DNA of 64,000 bases, from positions 11,780,001 to 11,844,000 of the forward strand of contig OZ059899.1 of NCBI GenBank assembly GCA_964057225.1, read 5' to 3'. Below, piece by piece: positions 13,509 to 28,782 of this stretch (within the stretch, counting starts at the first letter, position 1; the number at the start of each line of letters is the position of its first letter). The notes under the pieces are model-generated. The model did no database searches, was not told the DNA's origin, and worked only from the letters and a program-made list of their open reading frames with translations. This DNA comes from Auanema rhodensis (lineage: Eukaryota > Animalia > Nematoda). The translations under genes and the position numbers were made by a program.

Positions 13509-16261
13509 TTGTACCTGAGCACTTGCGTTCAGAAGTCCGGATGTTGTACCTTCGGCAGCTGGATACGTAATTTCGGCAGCAAATTCAAATCCAATTGGAA
13601 GATATCCAGTCATGAAGAAGCTTTAAAAATTAAATTTTCAATATTATTGTAATTTCTTAATGGTATTACCCAAGAAGGAAAGCATTTAAGAAGACAATGG
13701 CAATTGAACCCAGATCCAATGTAAAAGTGAAAGAAAGCATACCAAGGAAGGAAAAGAGATAAACAAGGATTGTAGTTAACCTGAAATATCATTATCAAAA
13801 GATTTTCAATCAGATTATCAATAAGAATTACTTGAATTTCTTGAATTTATCTAATGAATATCCACCAACAACAGATCCAATCATACCAGCAACAACGATA
13901 ACCAATCCAATTTGTCCAACTGTCTCTGTTTCTTCCGGATAAAATGATAAAACCATTTGTGATAAGAGAGTTGAAACTGCATAAAAGACTCCAGTATTGA
14001 TACCTGAAAAAGAAAAAAAAGTTGATTTTCAGAAGAAATAGATAAAAATAATTAATTTAATGATTTAAATCTTAATTTCCCACTATACACATGTTGTTTA
14101 TTAGGTGTTTTATGGCCAGTTTCTCGCTTTTTAATTCTTTTATTTTCTTCTTTTACCTTCAAATTATATCTTTTATTCACTTCATCTCTCATCATTGTTG
14201 AACATTTCAATCTTACAATCTTCAAACTTTAAACCATATTCAAGCTTATTTCAAAGGTTATTACCATATGTTACAAAGAGAAGAAGGAAGTTCCTTGAAG
14301 TCATAAGACTGGCTAGTGTGCTCCAGAAATTCGAATCAAAAGCCTTTTCCTCTTGAGCGGTGAGTTGAGCCAAGCTGGGAGGAACTGGAGGACGTGAAGT
14401 AAAGACTGAAAAAAAAAGCTTATGACGTGCATATTAAGTATACAACTCAGTAGGGGGTATACATATGTACATGTACACATTATAAACTTTGAAACATGCT
14501 TCAGCTTGTTTTCGTGTTAGGATTCAATTAATTTTGCCTTGTTTTCTAACTTACAAAGGATGATTAAAGCAAAGATGAAAGTATTCAAAACAGCTGATGA
14601 TAAGAACAAAACGTTTAAATCCCAGGCAACGGCCGCTGTTGTACCATTGTGAACAAGAAGTGGTGGAAGTACGAAACCTACAGCAATTCCAAGCTGCAAA
14701 TATTACTTTCATTTGTTCGTATATGTGCAAGTTGTTGCTCAAAAAGCCAACCTGATTTCCGAAAACTCCCGCTGCACATGCAGTTGATACTTCGTTTGGT
14801 CCGAACCATACAGCAGCAAGTCTTGGTGGAATGCCTAACGTGAACATCTGCGAAGCTCCAACAATAGTTTGTCCGATGAAGGTAATCCAAAAAGCATCTA
14901 AAAAGATAAAACTTCGATAAACATATGCTTAAGAAGCTTCATATAAACCTGGGCTAGTGGAAAAAATCTTCACCCAAGCTCCAATACAATTTCCTGCAGC
15001 TCCAAGTAATATTGAAACACGAAGTCCATATTTATCCAAAAGCCATCTATTATTATAAATATTTATAAATTATAAGAATTTTTAACATTTTCTTTTCCTA
15101 TAATTATCATTTTAGTGTTTCTTGTTCGGGTGCGAAGATGTTGAAGAGTTTGTTCAAAGTATTTACTTTTGTGTAGTTGCCAAGAAGCATTGTCTATCAG
15201 CAATTGAGACAACAAGAGCTCTGACAAATATATCAAAAAGCTTCTCACACATAAGAGGTTACAACCCTCTATTAAACTTTTTTTTTGCTTTTCTCTGTTT
15301 CTCTCTCTCTCTCTTTCTCTTTCTCAAAGTAATTTTAGTTCAAAGATTTCAAATTTATTTTCAAAACTATATAAGAATTAAACTACAAGAAGAAAGATTA
15401 AAGAACTAGAAACTTTTTTTTTCTAAAAAAATGCTTAAAAGGAAGTTTTTTTTTATTTCATTCATTTTATTCAAGCTTTTCATGTTTCAAACATATTTTG
15501 CAACTTTATTGTTAAGAATACTGTGGCTAAAACTTCAATTAAGATATACGGTAGCGGACTAAAGATTATTCTTCAATTTTTGAATTTTTTATTTTTATTT
15601 TACATTGAAATATTGAAATTTTGTAATTTTTATACTCAGATTGTTTCATTTTTAACTTTTTTTCAAATTTTTTTTTGAACTCCAATATGTAAGAAACGTC
15701 TTCTTCCTCAAATAATCAAAAAATAACAAAGAAAGTTGAAGTGTCTCAGTCCGAAAAGTCAAAAAAAAGTTGAAAAAGAGAAATTGAAGAAGTACTGTCT
15801 AACTACTTGTGTTCAACACTTTGATAATAGATTCCTATTTCTTTGTTTTTTTAATTTGTTTTTGGAAAAAATGAGAAAAAGTGTGAAACTCACGCAGCTG
15901 GGATGAAGAAGAAGATGTATGTTAGCATGTAGATCATACTTGTCCAATCAACTGCTGTATAACTATAAAAGGAAAGATGTGTACATATTCAAGCTGAAAC
16001 AGTGATAAAGCTTACCTGACGTCATAGAAATCTGAAACAATTCCGGCAATGATGGAGTACTGTATCCATTGTGCTCCATTACTTGCACTCAACAAGATGA
16101 ACATAATGAGAATTGCCCATCGTTTTGGATAAACTCGCGGATCACTGTCCATCTGTTTTTCCAGCTAAAATCAGTGAAATGAGTTAAATGATTTTGGAAT
16201 ATTTAGATATCAAGCAGGAATGTATGAAGAAAACAAGACCGACCTGTGTCTCAGCTGTCAT
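13134..16261 (-). CDS. FLVCR/SLC49-family MFS transporter (choline/ethanolamine/heme)
   Basis: Exons read [89 protein letters not shown]|[65 protein letters not shown] at 16261 follows a TTTTCAG acceptor; TAA at 13134-13136. Confidence 0.92.
13470..13502. repeat. (TA)n microsatellite in an intron of the MFS gene
   Basis: Direct reading. Confidence 0.9.
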
Positions 16262-16423
16262 CGTGTTGACTGCAGCAGCTGCAGCAGAACTGACCCGCCT
16301 ACTTCCCGGCTGAAAAGAACAAATCCAAAGAAGACGTTCGAAATTCTTAGAGAAGTAAGAGGAAAAGATGTATAGAAACTTAGAAAGGTGTGGAAGAGCA
16401 AGTAGAAATGAAGATAGAGAGAT

Positions 16424-16425
<2 letters not shown>

Positions 16426-16481
<56 letters not shown>
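16426..16481. repeat. (GA)n microsatellite upstream of the MFS gene
   Basis: Direct reading. Further tracts at about 7477, 10900, 18540-18602 and 21345-21380. Confidence 0.9.
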
Positions 16482-16483
<2 letters not shown>

Positions 16484-18568
16484 AAAGGGTGAACGAGAAA
16501 AGTTGAGAGATAAAGTGAGATTGGGAGAAGTGCGAGAAGAGGGAGGAGTACAAGGGTGCGGTGGGACCGAAGACGACGGAAAAACTATTCTAAGAGAAAC
16601 AGATGTAAGGACATATAAAGAGAGAAAAAGAGGGAGAGATATGTATATATCAGTATGAGAAGTATTAAGTTTGAAGGAGGTCGAAGACAATTTTGCCAGA
16701 TTGTTGGAAAACTTGAAAAATATCTTAACGACTATTTACAGTTCAGTGGGTGGCAAAGTTGAAAAAGAACAAAAGGAAGACCATTGCAATGGAAAGAAAT
16801 GTAGAAAAGGATATTAAGCTTCCACCTTTCAATCTCGACTATGTTATCCATTTTTGGTTACAAAATACATGATGTATAAGAGTTTAACAACGAGAGAATT
16901 AATATTCATCTCTTATATTGAATGATGTTGAAAGAAATAAGTTCTTTTGGTCAACTATGAAAAGATATAGAGAGAAATGAGGCTAGAGAGAAAAAAAGAA
17001 AGAGAGAGAGAGAAGAGGAAGAGAGATGATAGATGAGGAAAGATAGAGAGATTGTAGAAGATGAGTCCAAAACACTGACCTATTCGAACTGTCATCAAGC
17101 ATTAAGTTCATCAAAATATCCCTACAACATTGAAAAGATGAACTAGTCATTGAATTTTTATGGAGAAAAAAACCAATATTATAATATAATATACTATGCT
17201 ATACATCTAAATACAATAATAGTCAGCTATGTCAATCAGATTTTTAAAATTGGAATTACTATTGAGAAAGAACAGGTCATTTTACAACATTTAATACAAT
17301 ATTATCCTTTTTACTTATACAATTTCTATATTGAAAACTTGAATGAAACAAGAATTATCATGCTAATATCTTGATTTCATCTCCTTATGGGATTTTCAAT
17401 TCAAAAATAGAAATCCTTTTTCTTCTTTTTTTTTTCCTTTTTTTTTTATATTTCAACCTTCATGTCATACATGATGACGTTGACAGCAAATACTTTGTTA
17501 ACTTTTGAAAAATTTGAAAGAAAAATGTCAAAAGAAGATTGGCAGGTGATGCCTGAAGTAATTCATTCAAATTATACAAAATCTATTATGATTGTTACTA
17601 GAAGGAAAAACGTGGAAATATTCCAAAAAGGATGTCTTTTCATCATCATCGTCATCATCGAAAATCTTTTTTTTTTATTCAAAAAAAGAAAACAAGCGAA
17701 TGAAAACAAAAGGAAAAAACAAGAAGAAGAAAAAAAATTTTAAAAGCTAACCCCCTCCTTGATAAATCTCTCAACGGTATCTTTTACGAACTGGATACGA
17801 ATTATCCAGTCTCCATAACCTTCGTACGGTAATGATGCGCTGAAATTGATTCAAATAACTTTCTCCCATAATCTATTCATATAGTTATAATAATAATAAT
17901 ATATTGTTATTATAATATATATATATATATATATAATAATTAATAATAGAAATAGAAATATAAAATATTGTTTATACATATATAACCATTTATTCTCGTA
18001 TTTCTTTTTTAAAAAATGATATGTTTGACATATATTCACGTGCGTGATTTTTACGTGAAATTTCATTTTCATCACTTTTATGAGAAAATCAAATTTTTTT
18101 TTTTTTGAAATTAAAAGTTCCTACTTGAGTGTAGTTTCATTTGTTTGTTCTGCTTGACTTCTCATCTCAGTTTGGGGAATAGTTGATTGTACTGTAGCCA
18201 TCAGGAATATTTTTAGAAATTGAAATTTGAATATTCAACTAATATTTCACGTATATATCCAATTACACGTAATTTTTTAAAATATTTTTGTATTCAAAAT
18301 TGATTTTCTGTATGATGTGATGACATGTAGCGGGTAGCGGGGGGTGGATTGATAATCGTTATGAGAATATATTCAAAACACAACGCCAGTTGAGTATGTG
18401 TTGCATACAAGAGATGGATGATACGTACAGACTTTCGGACGTTTTGAACAGAGTAACAACATAGTGATAATGTGTGTTCGAACTAGTAATACCAGATTAT
18501 TAAAAAGATATTGATGAAGTAATATATAAAAAGAAAAAGAGAGAGAGAGAGAGAAAGGGAGGGAAAGG

Positions 18569-18604
<36 letters not shown>

Positions 18605-21342
18605 TAGAGAATGAAAAAAGGTGAGCGTGACAGAGAGAAAAAGAAAGATAGAGAGGGGAGATAGAAAGAGAGAGAAAGAATATTAATAGAAAAAGAGAAT
18701 ATATGTTAATAAAAGAGAAATAGAGAAAGAGAAAGAGAAAGAGAATAAGATATGAATTAAGTAAATTAAAATCAAAACAACACAGATAAAGATGAATTAT
18801 TCGTCATATTTATCATTTTTTTATATAAAAGAAGAGATAACTATCGAGAAAACTATAAAACATTCTTATTATTTTTTATAATAATCAAGAAGAAACAGTC
18901 TTCTAACTATACTTATAATATTTTTTTTTCTTAATTCATCAAATTTAAAAGAAATATTGTGATATTGGACCAGTTAATAGTAATATTAAACATTGTTGTA
19001 ATAGTAGTATAGCAGGTTCTCTTATATGTTCATAATTTTTTTTTTCATGACATTTGAAAAAGAAAACTACACGGTTAAAACAATGAAATTAAAGTTTTTC
19101 TCAGAGAAATTCGTTTTTTTTTTATTTGAAAATGATTATATACTAGATGTTAGTACATCAAATATTATTGTTTCGAAAAAAAAAGCTTTTAAATAGGCTT
19201 TGAGCTTTGTTTCTCTTTTTTATTTTCTCAAAAACGGTTTAGATGTTCAGAAATGTTATATAACTATTCATATAGTTTATGATTGTTTTTTTTTCAGAAT
19301 TTAAAATATATTTTCAAATAAAAACCTTTTAATTTAATCAAAATGTTCGCATATTAAAGAGATTTTGATGAATCAGAAATTTTTTGTTTTTTTTTTGCGG
19401 AAATATTCAAAAAAATGGAAATTTTTTGGTCATATAGTGAATTAAAAGGGTGAGAAGTATCATAATGAATTCAAATGAACTATTGAAAATAGAAAATGCA
19501 GAATGAAAGTGTCTGTTCGAATTGGTTGAAAATCCGTGAACAAGCTGGACGACACACAATGGTCATTGCCATTCATGGATACAGTGAGAGAAAAAAAGGA
19601 AAAAATGATATAAAAAGTAAATGAAGAAGAGTATATGAAATGAAGAGAGTTAAAGATAGTTAGAGAGTGAAAGGCTTGAGATTGTTACCACAATGAATTA
19701 GAATAGGAAACATTAAAAAAAGAAGAGAGAAAGAGAGAAAAATGGAAAACTATAAAGGAAATCAGAAGAAAAAGAATAAAAAGAAAGAGAGGGAGGGAAA
19801 AGGGAATGAGATAATAAAAGATAAAGAGGGATATAAAGACTGTTAAAGGATGAGATGAGTAAAAGAGAGAGAGATAAAGAGAGAGAGAGAGAGGGGGGAG
19901 AGCGAAGGAGAGAGAGAGGGGGAAAAAGAGAAACAGATCGAAGTATATAGAGAGATCTAACTGAGATCAGATGTCGCATTCTGTTAGTTCTACTGTCAAG
20001 TGATGCCAATTGACATATCAAGCCTGGATGAATTTTTTTCAGAAAAAAAATCAGTATTCATAAAATGTCTCCAAACTCTTTAAAAACTCTGAATAAAAAG
20101 GTATTATGATTTTTGATTTTAACCCAAAAAACGAAGTGAAAAGTGGAAAATTGAGAAGAAGCTTATGTACTCATAGTTATTTGATACAGTTCTTTTTTTT
20201 TCACTTTTAACTAGAAGAAAACATATTTTATACAAATATTTTTATTATTTTAACATAATAACTCATAAAAATGATCTGATTGTTTGCTCCGAAATTCAAG
20301 AACATTGACTAAACAGAGCAAAAAATGGAAAAATAGTATGAAATTTGGAGTGGCTTTACACCTGAATTTTATGAAAATATTAAAAATGATTTATATGACA
20401 ATTTCTAAAAACTTAACTACCAATTGAATTAGTTATTTTAAATTATTTCAGGATATTTCCTTAAGGAGAAAGATGGATGGAGAGAGAGAGAGAGAGGGTG
20501 GTGAAGGTGGAGGATGGGACTAAAGCTGAGATTTGCTCTTTGAAAATATAGAAAAACATGCACAATAAGCTTTATAAAAATATATTTTAATAGAAAAATT
20601 TTATAAAATAAAAAGTTGAAGAAGTAGCTCATGTAGAATAGCTACGATTTCGAACGACTTTGCAAACAATCGTTAGAAGTTCATGATGAGAGAGAAAGAA
20701 AACTTCTGTTTTTTGATAAATGGTTTTTCATATGTAAAACAAATTAAAGTTTCAAAAGAAAGACAATACTTTCATTACTTTTTCGTTTAAATTATGAAAA
20801 ATAAAGAAAAAATACAAAGTTAAAGGAGTATATATTGAAAAGACTTGATTATAGTATAAGGAGAAAACATATCACTATCTATTGAAGCCAAATATTTAGA
20901 TAACGTATTCATATATTATAAGAATTGTTTGATGAAATCATGTATATCTCTCACTCATTCTGATAAAAACTAACAGAAAAAAAACACTTGAAAAATATCT
21001 TTTGAGCTTAAAGCTCTTGGCAATGATAGATCCGGTCGTGAGGTGCTTGTAATTTGAAGAAAAGTTAAATGTATAACATTCTGACTCATTTCTAGTAAGA
21101 ATTTCTTAACTTTTCACATAAAATATGCAACTATTATGTCTGTCTTCAAGACATTTTCATCGAATATTTGATGAATATGGAAGAAAAAAATGAATAAAAG
21201 AATACAACAGCTCAACTTTTAAAAAAAAAATAAAGCAAAATAGGCTACATCGTTTATTCTAATATTTCATGTTTCAATGATCTGTCACTAAGCTTTTGGT
21301 CCTTTGGTAACTACTTAATAGAGAGAGAGGGAGGAGAGAAAA

Positions 21343-21383
<41 letters not shown>

Positions 21384-22485
21384 AACAAAATAACAAAAAA
21401 ATAAAAAATCATTTAAGAATTAAATTAATCAACTTAATCATATTTTCCAAAAACTGCAGCAGAGTTACGGCGTAAGAAGAGAATGATTGTGAAAAAAAAA
21501 GAAAATGCATCACACCTTGAACTGAGAGAATGATTGAATTTCACATCTTTTGAGGAACACTGTGAAATAGGAAGTTCAATGTGATTGAAGGAAGTAAAAA
21601 CTATCAATTAATCTTCAAGCTGTTGCCTACCCTACTTTCAAAAATTTTAAATTAATGATATGACTTCATTGGAAACGTCCGATTACAACAATCAGCCAAA
21701 TGATTTCAAAAAGAAAAAAATGTTTAAAACTTGTAGAAATTGATTTTACGCCAAACGTTTATTGAATAGAATTTGTAAAATTCAGAAAAACAAGTAGATA
21801 AATGGTTTCATAAGGTGGAAATATAAATAATTCATTATGGTGCAATACAATAATATTTTTCAAAAATGGAGATCAATATGGTTCTCAATGAGTTTAGGTT
21901 GTGGTCACAGGATTAAGCTAAAAAAACAGGAAGAAAGTGCTGATTACATAGTTTTATCTAACAAATTGTGATCAATGTGAGACTTGTCCAGAAGCACCTG
22001 GTCCTCTATTTCTCTTCAGATAGATGTTGCATCTTCATTCTTTCATCTTCCCTCATCTTCCTATCATGAACGAATCACGTCTGGTCTAAAAGCTTCCACG
22101 ATCTCATTCATCTTATTAAATGGATGATAGTACAATGGGTTTCCGTTTTCAACTGATATCACCGTCATGTTTGTATCTCTTCTGAGCTTGACGATTTGCT
22201 TGAACGCATCGGCACCCTCCAGATTCAAACTGTGAGATCAAAGAAGATCAAATTTACTCTGTAAGAATCAAGTAGAGCTACTTCTCAAGTTATTTTATTG
22301 ATCACTTACGACAAAATCAAGGAAAGATATAGATTACAAATAGAAATAAAATCATAAGAACATCTTAAATATACACAACAACTAAGAAGGAACATGAGAA
22401 CACCAGGAATAACCTTAATAAGCCGTAGGACGACAAAGAATAATAAATGTCTCAAAGACAATTAGAGCATTTAGCAAACGTTATA

Positions 22486-25400
22486 TTAAGCTAAAGCAAG
22501 AAACTGGTGATATATCTTCACGAGGATGGGATCAACCACATCCGTAAACAACTCTTTACCGAGGTCTCCCGAGATCTTCGCTATTTCTTGATAATGCTAG
22601 AGAAAACCAATTTATAAGAATTTATAGTTGGCAACTAACCATTAAGAAAACTTGCTTCAGTCTGCCCATCATCCAATCATACCATGGGGTATTAATATCC
22701 GTATCCTCCTTCTCACAATTAACAATATGATCAGTTAGTACGACAATGAATTTCTTTAAAAAAAATTCTGATCAAAGAAAACCAAGCACAGATCACTTAC
22801 ATGAAGAGCATCATAGAATAAAGTCTTTTGGAAATCTTGTAAACTTTCCAACTTTACACGCATGCTCTGAAGTTCAGCATCTTCCTTCTTCTCGTTTCCC
22901 TCTTCCATAGCCTCAAATATAGAAATTCAGTTATCATTATAAAATATCAAAGTAAATACATCCTCTTCTTCTACTTTAACTTGTTGTGCCGCCTTCTTTT
23001 CCAAATAAGCAACATCTCGCGTAACATATTTGATATGACGAGATAAACCATACAAAGCTGTATTCAAAACTTGGAATGTCCATTGTCTATAAGAGATATT
23101 GAGATGATCTTCTATATTGCTGCAGAAAAGAGGAAATACCTATCAGTTTCAATCTTAATATCATCGCTGAAAATCCAGTTAACAACCACAGCACAATCCA
23201 AAATTTGCATTTTAAGAAGCTTATCAATCAAAATAATAATCATCTAAATAAATTATTTCTTTTAAAAAATATATAAATATTCCAACTTGATGATTTGTTT
23301 TCCAACATGCGTATAAAGTGGTCAAAAGCACTTCTTGATATTCTTCTGAAACATCAGCAACATCTTTCAATGTGGTGTGATATCTATAAAAAGCTAAAGC
23401 TAATAACATATAGCGGAATATTGTAGAAACCTTCGTAGTGCTGCCAAGTTGTGACTGACAGATTTGCACGCAAGTTTAAGCAAAACCTGAAATTCAGTTT
23501 AGATTAGCTTAGATTTTAACTTTTCCAATCTAACCGCAAAGAAAACACTGAAAGATCGTGCATCATATTCGCCATCTGCCCCTTTAATTTCGGCAAGCAT
23601 AATATCATCAGAAGATTTAGTTTGGAAAAGGTTTATAAAAGTTAAAGCCTGCTGGTAATCTGGATGAGCTTCTAAATTTAGTTTAGGATCAAGCGAAACG
23701 AATAAAAGGAAATTTTACCATCTTCTAAGAGAAAACGAATATCAGGCTTTGCAGGAAGTAATCTTTGGAAACCGCTAGGCACTATCTCACAAACACGTTC
23801 ATAATAGGAGAATCTCATACATTTTTCCAAAACTTCTCTGGCAAAGATGAATTTAGCGTTCCATGAATCGTGCTATAATATGCATTGCATGAAATAAGAA
23901 AACTTAATCTCTAATCACCTCCAAACAATCTTTCCAATCATTCCAAGACCACCTGTATTCAAAGTTAGAAAGATGGTAACTGAACCAATCAATCATTCTA
24001 AACAAAAATTCAATAAACCTTACTTAGTTGACACAGATTTCAAACCTATCAATGCATAATGGCTGCATTCCCTCGCATCGTTGATATAAAAGTTCTGCAG
24101 ATTGAGCTAATACTTGAGGTATTTCATTCGGTTGAATTTTGCACAACTCAATAAGAAGAGAGCCTAATCCAAGTCAATCACATGTTATAAAAGCGGATCA
24201 AGACATACCATAGAATATTTCTGGTTGAGTATGATGTGGAAGTGCGAACAATTGGCCAAAAATGACTTCTAATATCATGTAGGTAATCGGAACATTAGCT
24301 CCTTTGCCATATTGGATAAGTTCATCAGCACTATAAAACAAAGGTTTTAAACATTTTGAAAATCCAAAACAAACCAAATTTTCCTATCAAAAGACCGATT
24401 ATCCAATATCCACACGAGATCCTGCTCTATAAGGAATCGTTCTATGGAGTGAGCACCCGGTAAGACTAAGTCAGTATCCTATGGTGAGAATTGCAAATTG
24501 AACTAAAAATAATTTGAACAAACCCCATTTGAACAATCAGCATAGTCAAACAATCTGAAAATTACTCTTGGTAATGGATAAACAGAATCCTTGGTATCTT
24601 CATGTGGTTGAAAACTGAAACGGGAAGAAATGGATATAAGTAATCACTTAAAAGTCTGACTTGGGAATGTTATGTTGAGATGAGTTAGACAAAAGGGCAG
24701 CAAAGTGAGTTTGATATCTTGGAATATGTTTCTCTTTCCATTCAGCTTCCTTCAAGTTTTTGATTTGCTTCCATAAACAATCCAAATATTCTTCTTGTTC
24801 ATGTGGGGTTCCTCGTTCCCAGACACTTATTAACTAATAAATAAGATAGAACTTTTTTTTGCAAAAAAAACCAACTGGAATATATGGCTTCTGCCTATCA
24901 TCGAGGTATTTTTCACATCCTTCCAGGATATTATCTAAGTTTTCCTTTTTTTTTTCGTTCAGTTCAGAAGCAATAAACGGTAAAGAGTGGAGAAGGGCAT
25001 AAATGAACCAATCAGTTCGTACCTGCAGAACCAAATCAAATTGAATTGAGCTATTCATCTACTAATTCTATACCTGTCGAGATTCTTGGAATGCAGCTTG
25101 AACAAGACCTTCCAAAAATTCTGCTATTGAGTCTATTGTAAGAACACGAGAATTTCCCAAGTCGGAAATGAAAATAATCTGAAAGACATTATACACACTA
25201 CTACTTAGATTATCTCTCACGATGTACAAAGCATGATTGTAGTTAAAGCTTGCCAATTTTAAACTAAGTTCACTATTCAATTTCTCCACCATCTTAAATA
25301 GTTGTAGCTTACAAAATATTGAAATAAGACACAAACCTCTCCCCCAAAATTGTGATACTTAGAATTCAAAAGGCCAACAAATGTGGAATACAGAGTTATT

Positions 25401-25789
25401 TTTTCAGGCATAGCAAGAATACTTAAAATACATAATTAAATTGGAATACTATAATACGCTCACCATGTTAGCACAATATCTGCGATGACAACTTTATACT
25501 TATCTATATTTCCCTGTCTCTCCAATATTTCATATAGACTACTTAGGTTATTTTCAAGTGCTGCATTCCCATTCTAAATTTTGCAATCAAATTCAGAAAG
25601 TATAAACAAGAGTAACTTTTTCTCCAACACGGGAAATAATGTCTTGCAGTTTACGTTCAGCTTCGCTATATTCCTCTGGCCCTTTTCGTCGCTTTGCTGC
25701 TCTTTCATCCTCATCTATCATCCATTACATCATAAAAAACAATAAAAAACAAACAAACCAAACTCGGCCTTTCTCCGATAGCCACTCAT
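22486..25789 (-). CDS. ncbp-1: Nuclear cap-binding protein subunit 1 (CBP80)
   Basis: N-terminal basic NLS (AAKRRKG), [110 protein letters not shown] and the C-terminal IYHQFLALA*. Many short introns. Confidence 0.93.
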
Positions 25790-26651
25790 ATTAGCAGCTG
25801 AAAGTATTATATTCAATAAAATAGCTTAGAAATAAAATAAATTAGTGAATGTATCGAAAAAAAATTAAATAATATAACATATTTAAACTTGACAGTTTGC
25901 GTATTTGGTGTGTTTGCGTAAGTAGCGTGTATCGCATGAGTTATATAGACTCTTTGTTTTCTAATAATTGAATTTGTCTCGTGTTCCTTATGAATTAATG
26001 TTTTTCTTAAATTATAAGTGAAGTCTAGCTGAATGACGAATTCTTTCAACTCAAATTGATCAACTGTTCTTTATGTCTGCAGAAAAGGAAATTGAAGTGT
26101 AGTGTTTAATGTTTAAAAACGTGATTCCACGTAAATCTGAGATTGTTTTGATTCTCTTTTAATTGTATTCTCATTTCAAAACAGATTAAAACAATGTAAG
26201 ATATATGTAGGTAAATATCAGACGTACTGAACATATCTTTTTAATTTCAGTTTTGATTTTCTTACAATACTTATTGAGTAATTATGTAATTTTTCAAAAA
26301 AATCCAGATATACTTATTCATATATATAAACATTTATCTGTGTAGCGATTACATAGTCGAGCAACAAACTAAACTTGATATAAAAATTCAAAAAAAGGCT
26401 AATGAATGTAATAATGGTACTTGGAGATCATAAGAAGACCCATAAAAGCCAGAAAAAACCAGATCAGTTCCGCTAACTATAACAAGTGCAATCGCAGAAA
26501 TAGAAACAGATTGGTTGAAGTAATAAGGATTATTTTAGGATTGATAAATACATTAGATGAAATAAAAGAAAAAAAGGATATCTTGATTGACACTAATATC
26601 TAATAGTTCACATAGTTCTATGGGAAAAGGTATATTTTTACATGGATAGAA

Positions 26652-28782
26652 TTAATAAAAGCCTGTCCGAGCAAGATGACCACAGTTTCTATACAGCAGG
26701 AACAACGTGAAGAGTTTTCCGCAAACTAAACTTGAGTTCATGATAGTTATGATAGCAGGGAAGAATTCGGATCCATGTAGTGATGGGAAGATATCGTAAA
26801 GGAAGGGAACAAACGATAAAATCTGAAAAAATACATAGTTTAAACTATAAATAGAAGAAACGACATACATGAGAGAGAATAAAGAACACGTTGATCAGCT
26901 TCAGGTTGCAGGAAATCTGCTGCCTTTGAATTGGCATGCTTTCATGACTACTGTAAACGATATATATATATATTGAAAACTCTTCTTTAAACAATATATA
27001 TTTACCTGAATAACTCCTGGCATTCATTATTTACTAATGGTAGTTTTTCACTTTCGATTAACTTAGTCAGCTTGTAATTACAGTAAGCTACTATGATGCA
27101 TGGAATAAGGATTACGGTAATAGCTTGATTGATGTTGAAAAAACGGACCACATCTCTTGAGAAGTAATCGCTAAGCTAAAAACAATTTTACCATTATTAT
27201 ATTTGAAATTGATGTAATACTATTAGTTTGGAGACCAATTTAGTTCCATTACATCTAAATGCTGTCATGAGTTCGTAAAGAACGAAATGATATGATGAAA
27301 TAGCAAATGACCAAGCAAAAACAGATGTTAAGAAGACGTTTCCATGCCAGCCAGGAGTAAAATACTGAAAGAGCAAGGAATAATATATATAAGTATTATA
27401 TTCTTTATTCTAAAATATTACTTTAATTAGAGATGATGAACGAGCTCGCAGATAGCATTCTGCACAAATTGCTACAGTCAGATAGACTTCAATAGCCGAA
27501 AATACATTTGACCAGGCATTTATAAAAATTTTTGAGTTGTGCATAAATCGTCTGAAAACAAAAACTGTTTTGAATAGAAAAAAATAACTATTAAGCCAGT
27601 TGTTGAATAAGCTGTTAAACCAAGTTGTATACAAAACTTGAAATTTGCAAACGCAAAAACAAAATATGAAGCTGAGAATTAAAGTAAATTATCTTACCGA
27701 CAGCTTTCGTTTTCGTAAAAAAATTGAAAAGTGACAAGTGACTGTGGTAACATGGTGAGAAGAAGACAAAAATCTGCAATTCCCAGTAGGAGAATAGTCC
27801 GTTGTGCCTGAAAAGAGGAAATTGAACATCATCTCAGTTTCCGTATAGTATCATCACCAAAATTTTTATTTTCACAGTTATCTCTCAAACTGTAAATCTG
27901 AAGGATGAGCATTATTACAGAATAAACTTTCCTTAATACTACAACAACGTAAAATACCCTTTACTGTAGTCTCTTCTTCTCTTTCACTCTCTCTCTCTCT
28001 CTCTTCTCCCTTTGTCTCTTTGTAACATATTTTCTTCTTTTTTCTCGCACTCTCTCTCTCCCGCCCAGTCTCTTTTTAATTCTCTATCTCTTAATAACTA
28101 AAAATAACTTTTTTCTTCTACACAAGGTACAAAAATAGAATAAAATATGCAAAAAACCAAGAGGATAAAAGGTTCTATCATAAATTGCTTTCTGTAATTT
28201 TTGATCAGATCCTATTCCAAAAATAAGAAAAATTAGAAATATAATTTTGGGATGAAAGAAGATTTTGAAAGACTTTCCCGACTTTGATAAAACGGTAATT
28301 TTGCCGTTTCATGGATATGGACTAATATGGACTAATGGTGCTAATGCAAGAAAGTTTCTCTCGTGACCATAGAAACCTTATCATGGTCTAAGCTTATATC
28401 TGGTAGAAAGGTGACGTCAGAAAGCGTCTGTGTTGAAAGTAAATAGGCACTGTGAAGAGGGGGAGGAGAAGGAGTAGGACAATGCTGATGTAGAAGATAT
28501 TTCAATATTTGAAATAGAATAATATTTGGAAATGTAATAGCTACTATGACAATAGTTTTGTGTTTAATATTGTCATTTGATTTCAAGTTTTAAAGTTTTA
28601 AAAAATTAAATTAAAAAAAAAAAGTTACGAACAATGATGTTATATCGCCGACAAATGAGATCCTTGATTGCATAATAAGCCATGACGAATAGTGAGATCA
28701 TTTGTCCAGGAAATACATAATGTTGAAGTGGAATATCCACATTTGAGTTGATCATAGGACCTCGGATACATTCTTCATTCAT
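26652..28782 (-). CDS. Class A (rhodopsin-like) 7TM receptor, divergent nematode peptide-receptor (FRPR/Srw-like) type
   Basis: Spliced hydrophobic segments: MNEECIRGPMINSNVDIPLQHYVFPGQMISLF (TM1), AQRTILLLGIADFCLLLTMLP (TM2), NAWSNVFSAIEVYLTVAICAECYLRAR (TM3, degenerate DRY), NQAITVILIPCIIVAYCN (TM5), IITIMNSSLVCGKLFTLFLLY (TM7). Exon boundaries are approximate. Confidence 0.7.
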
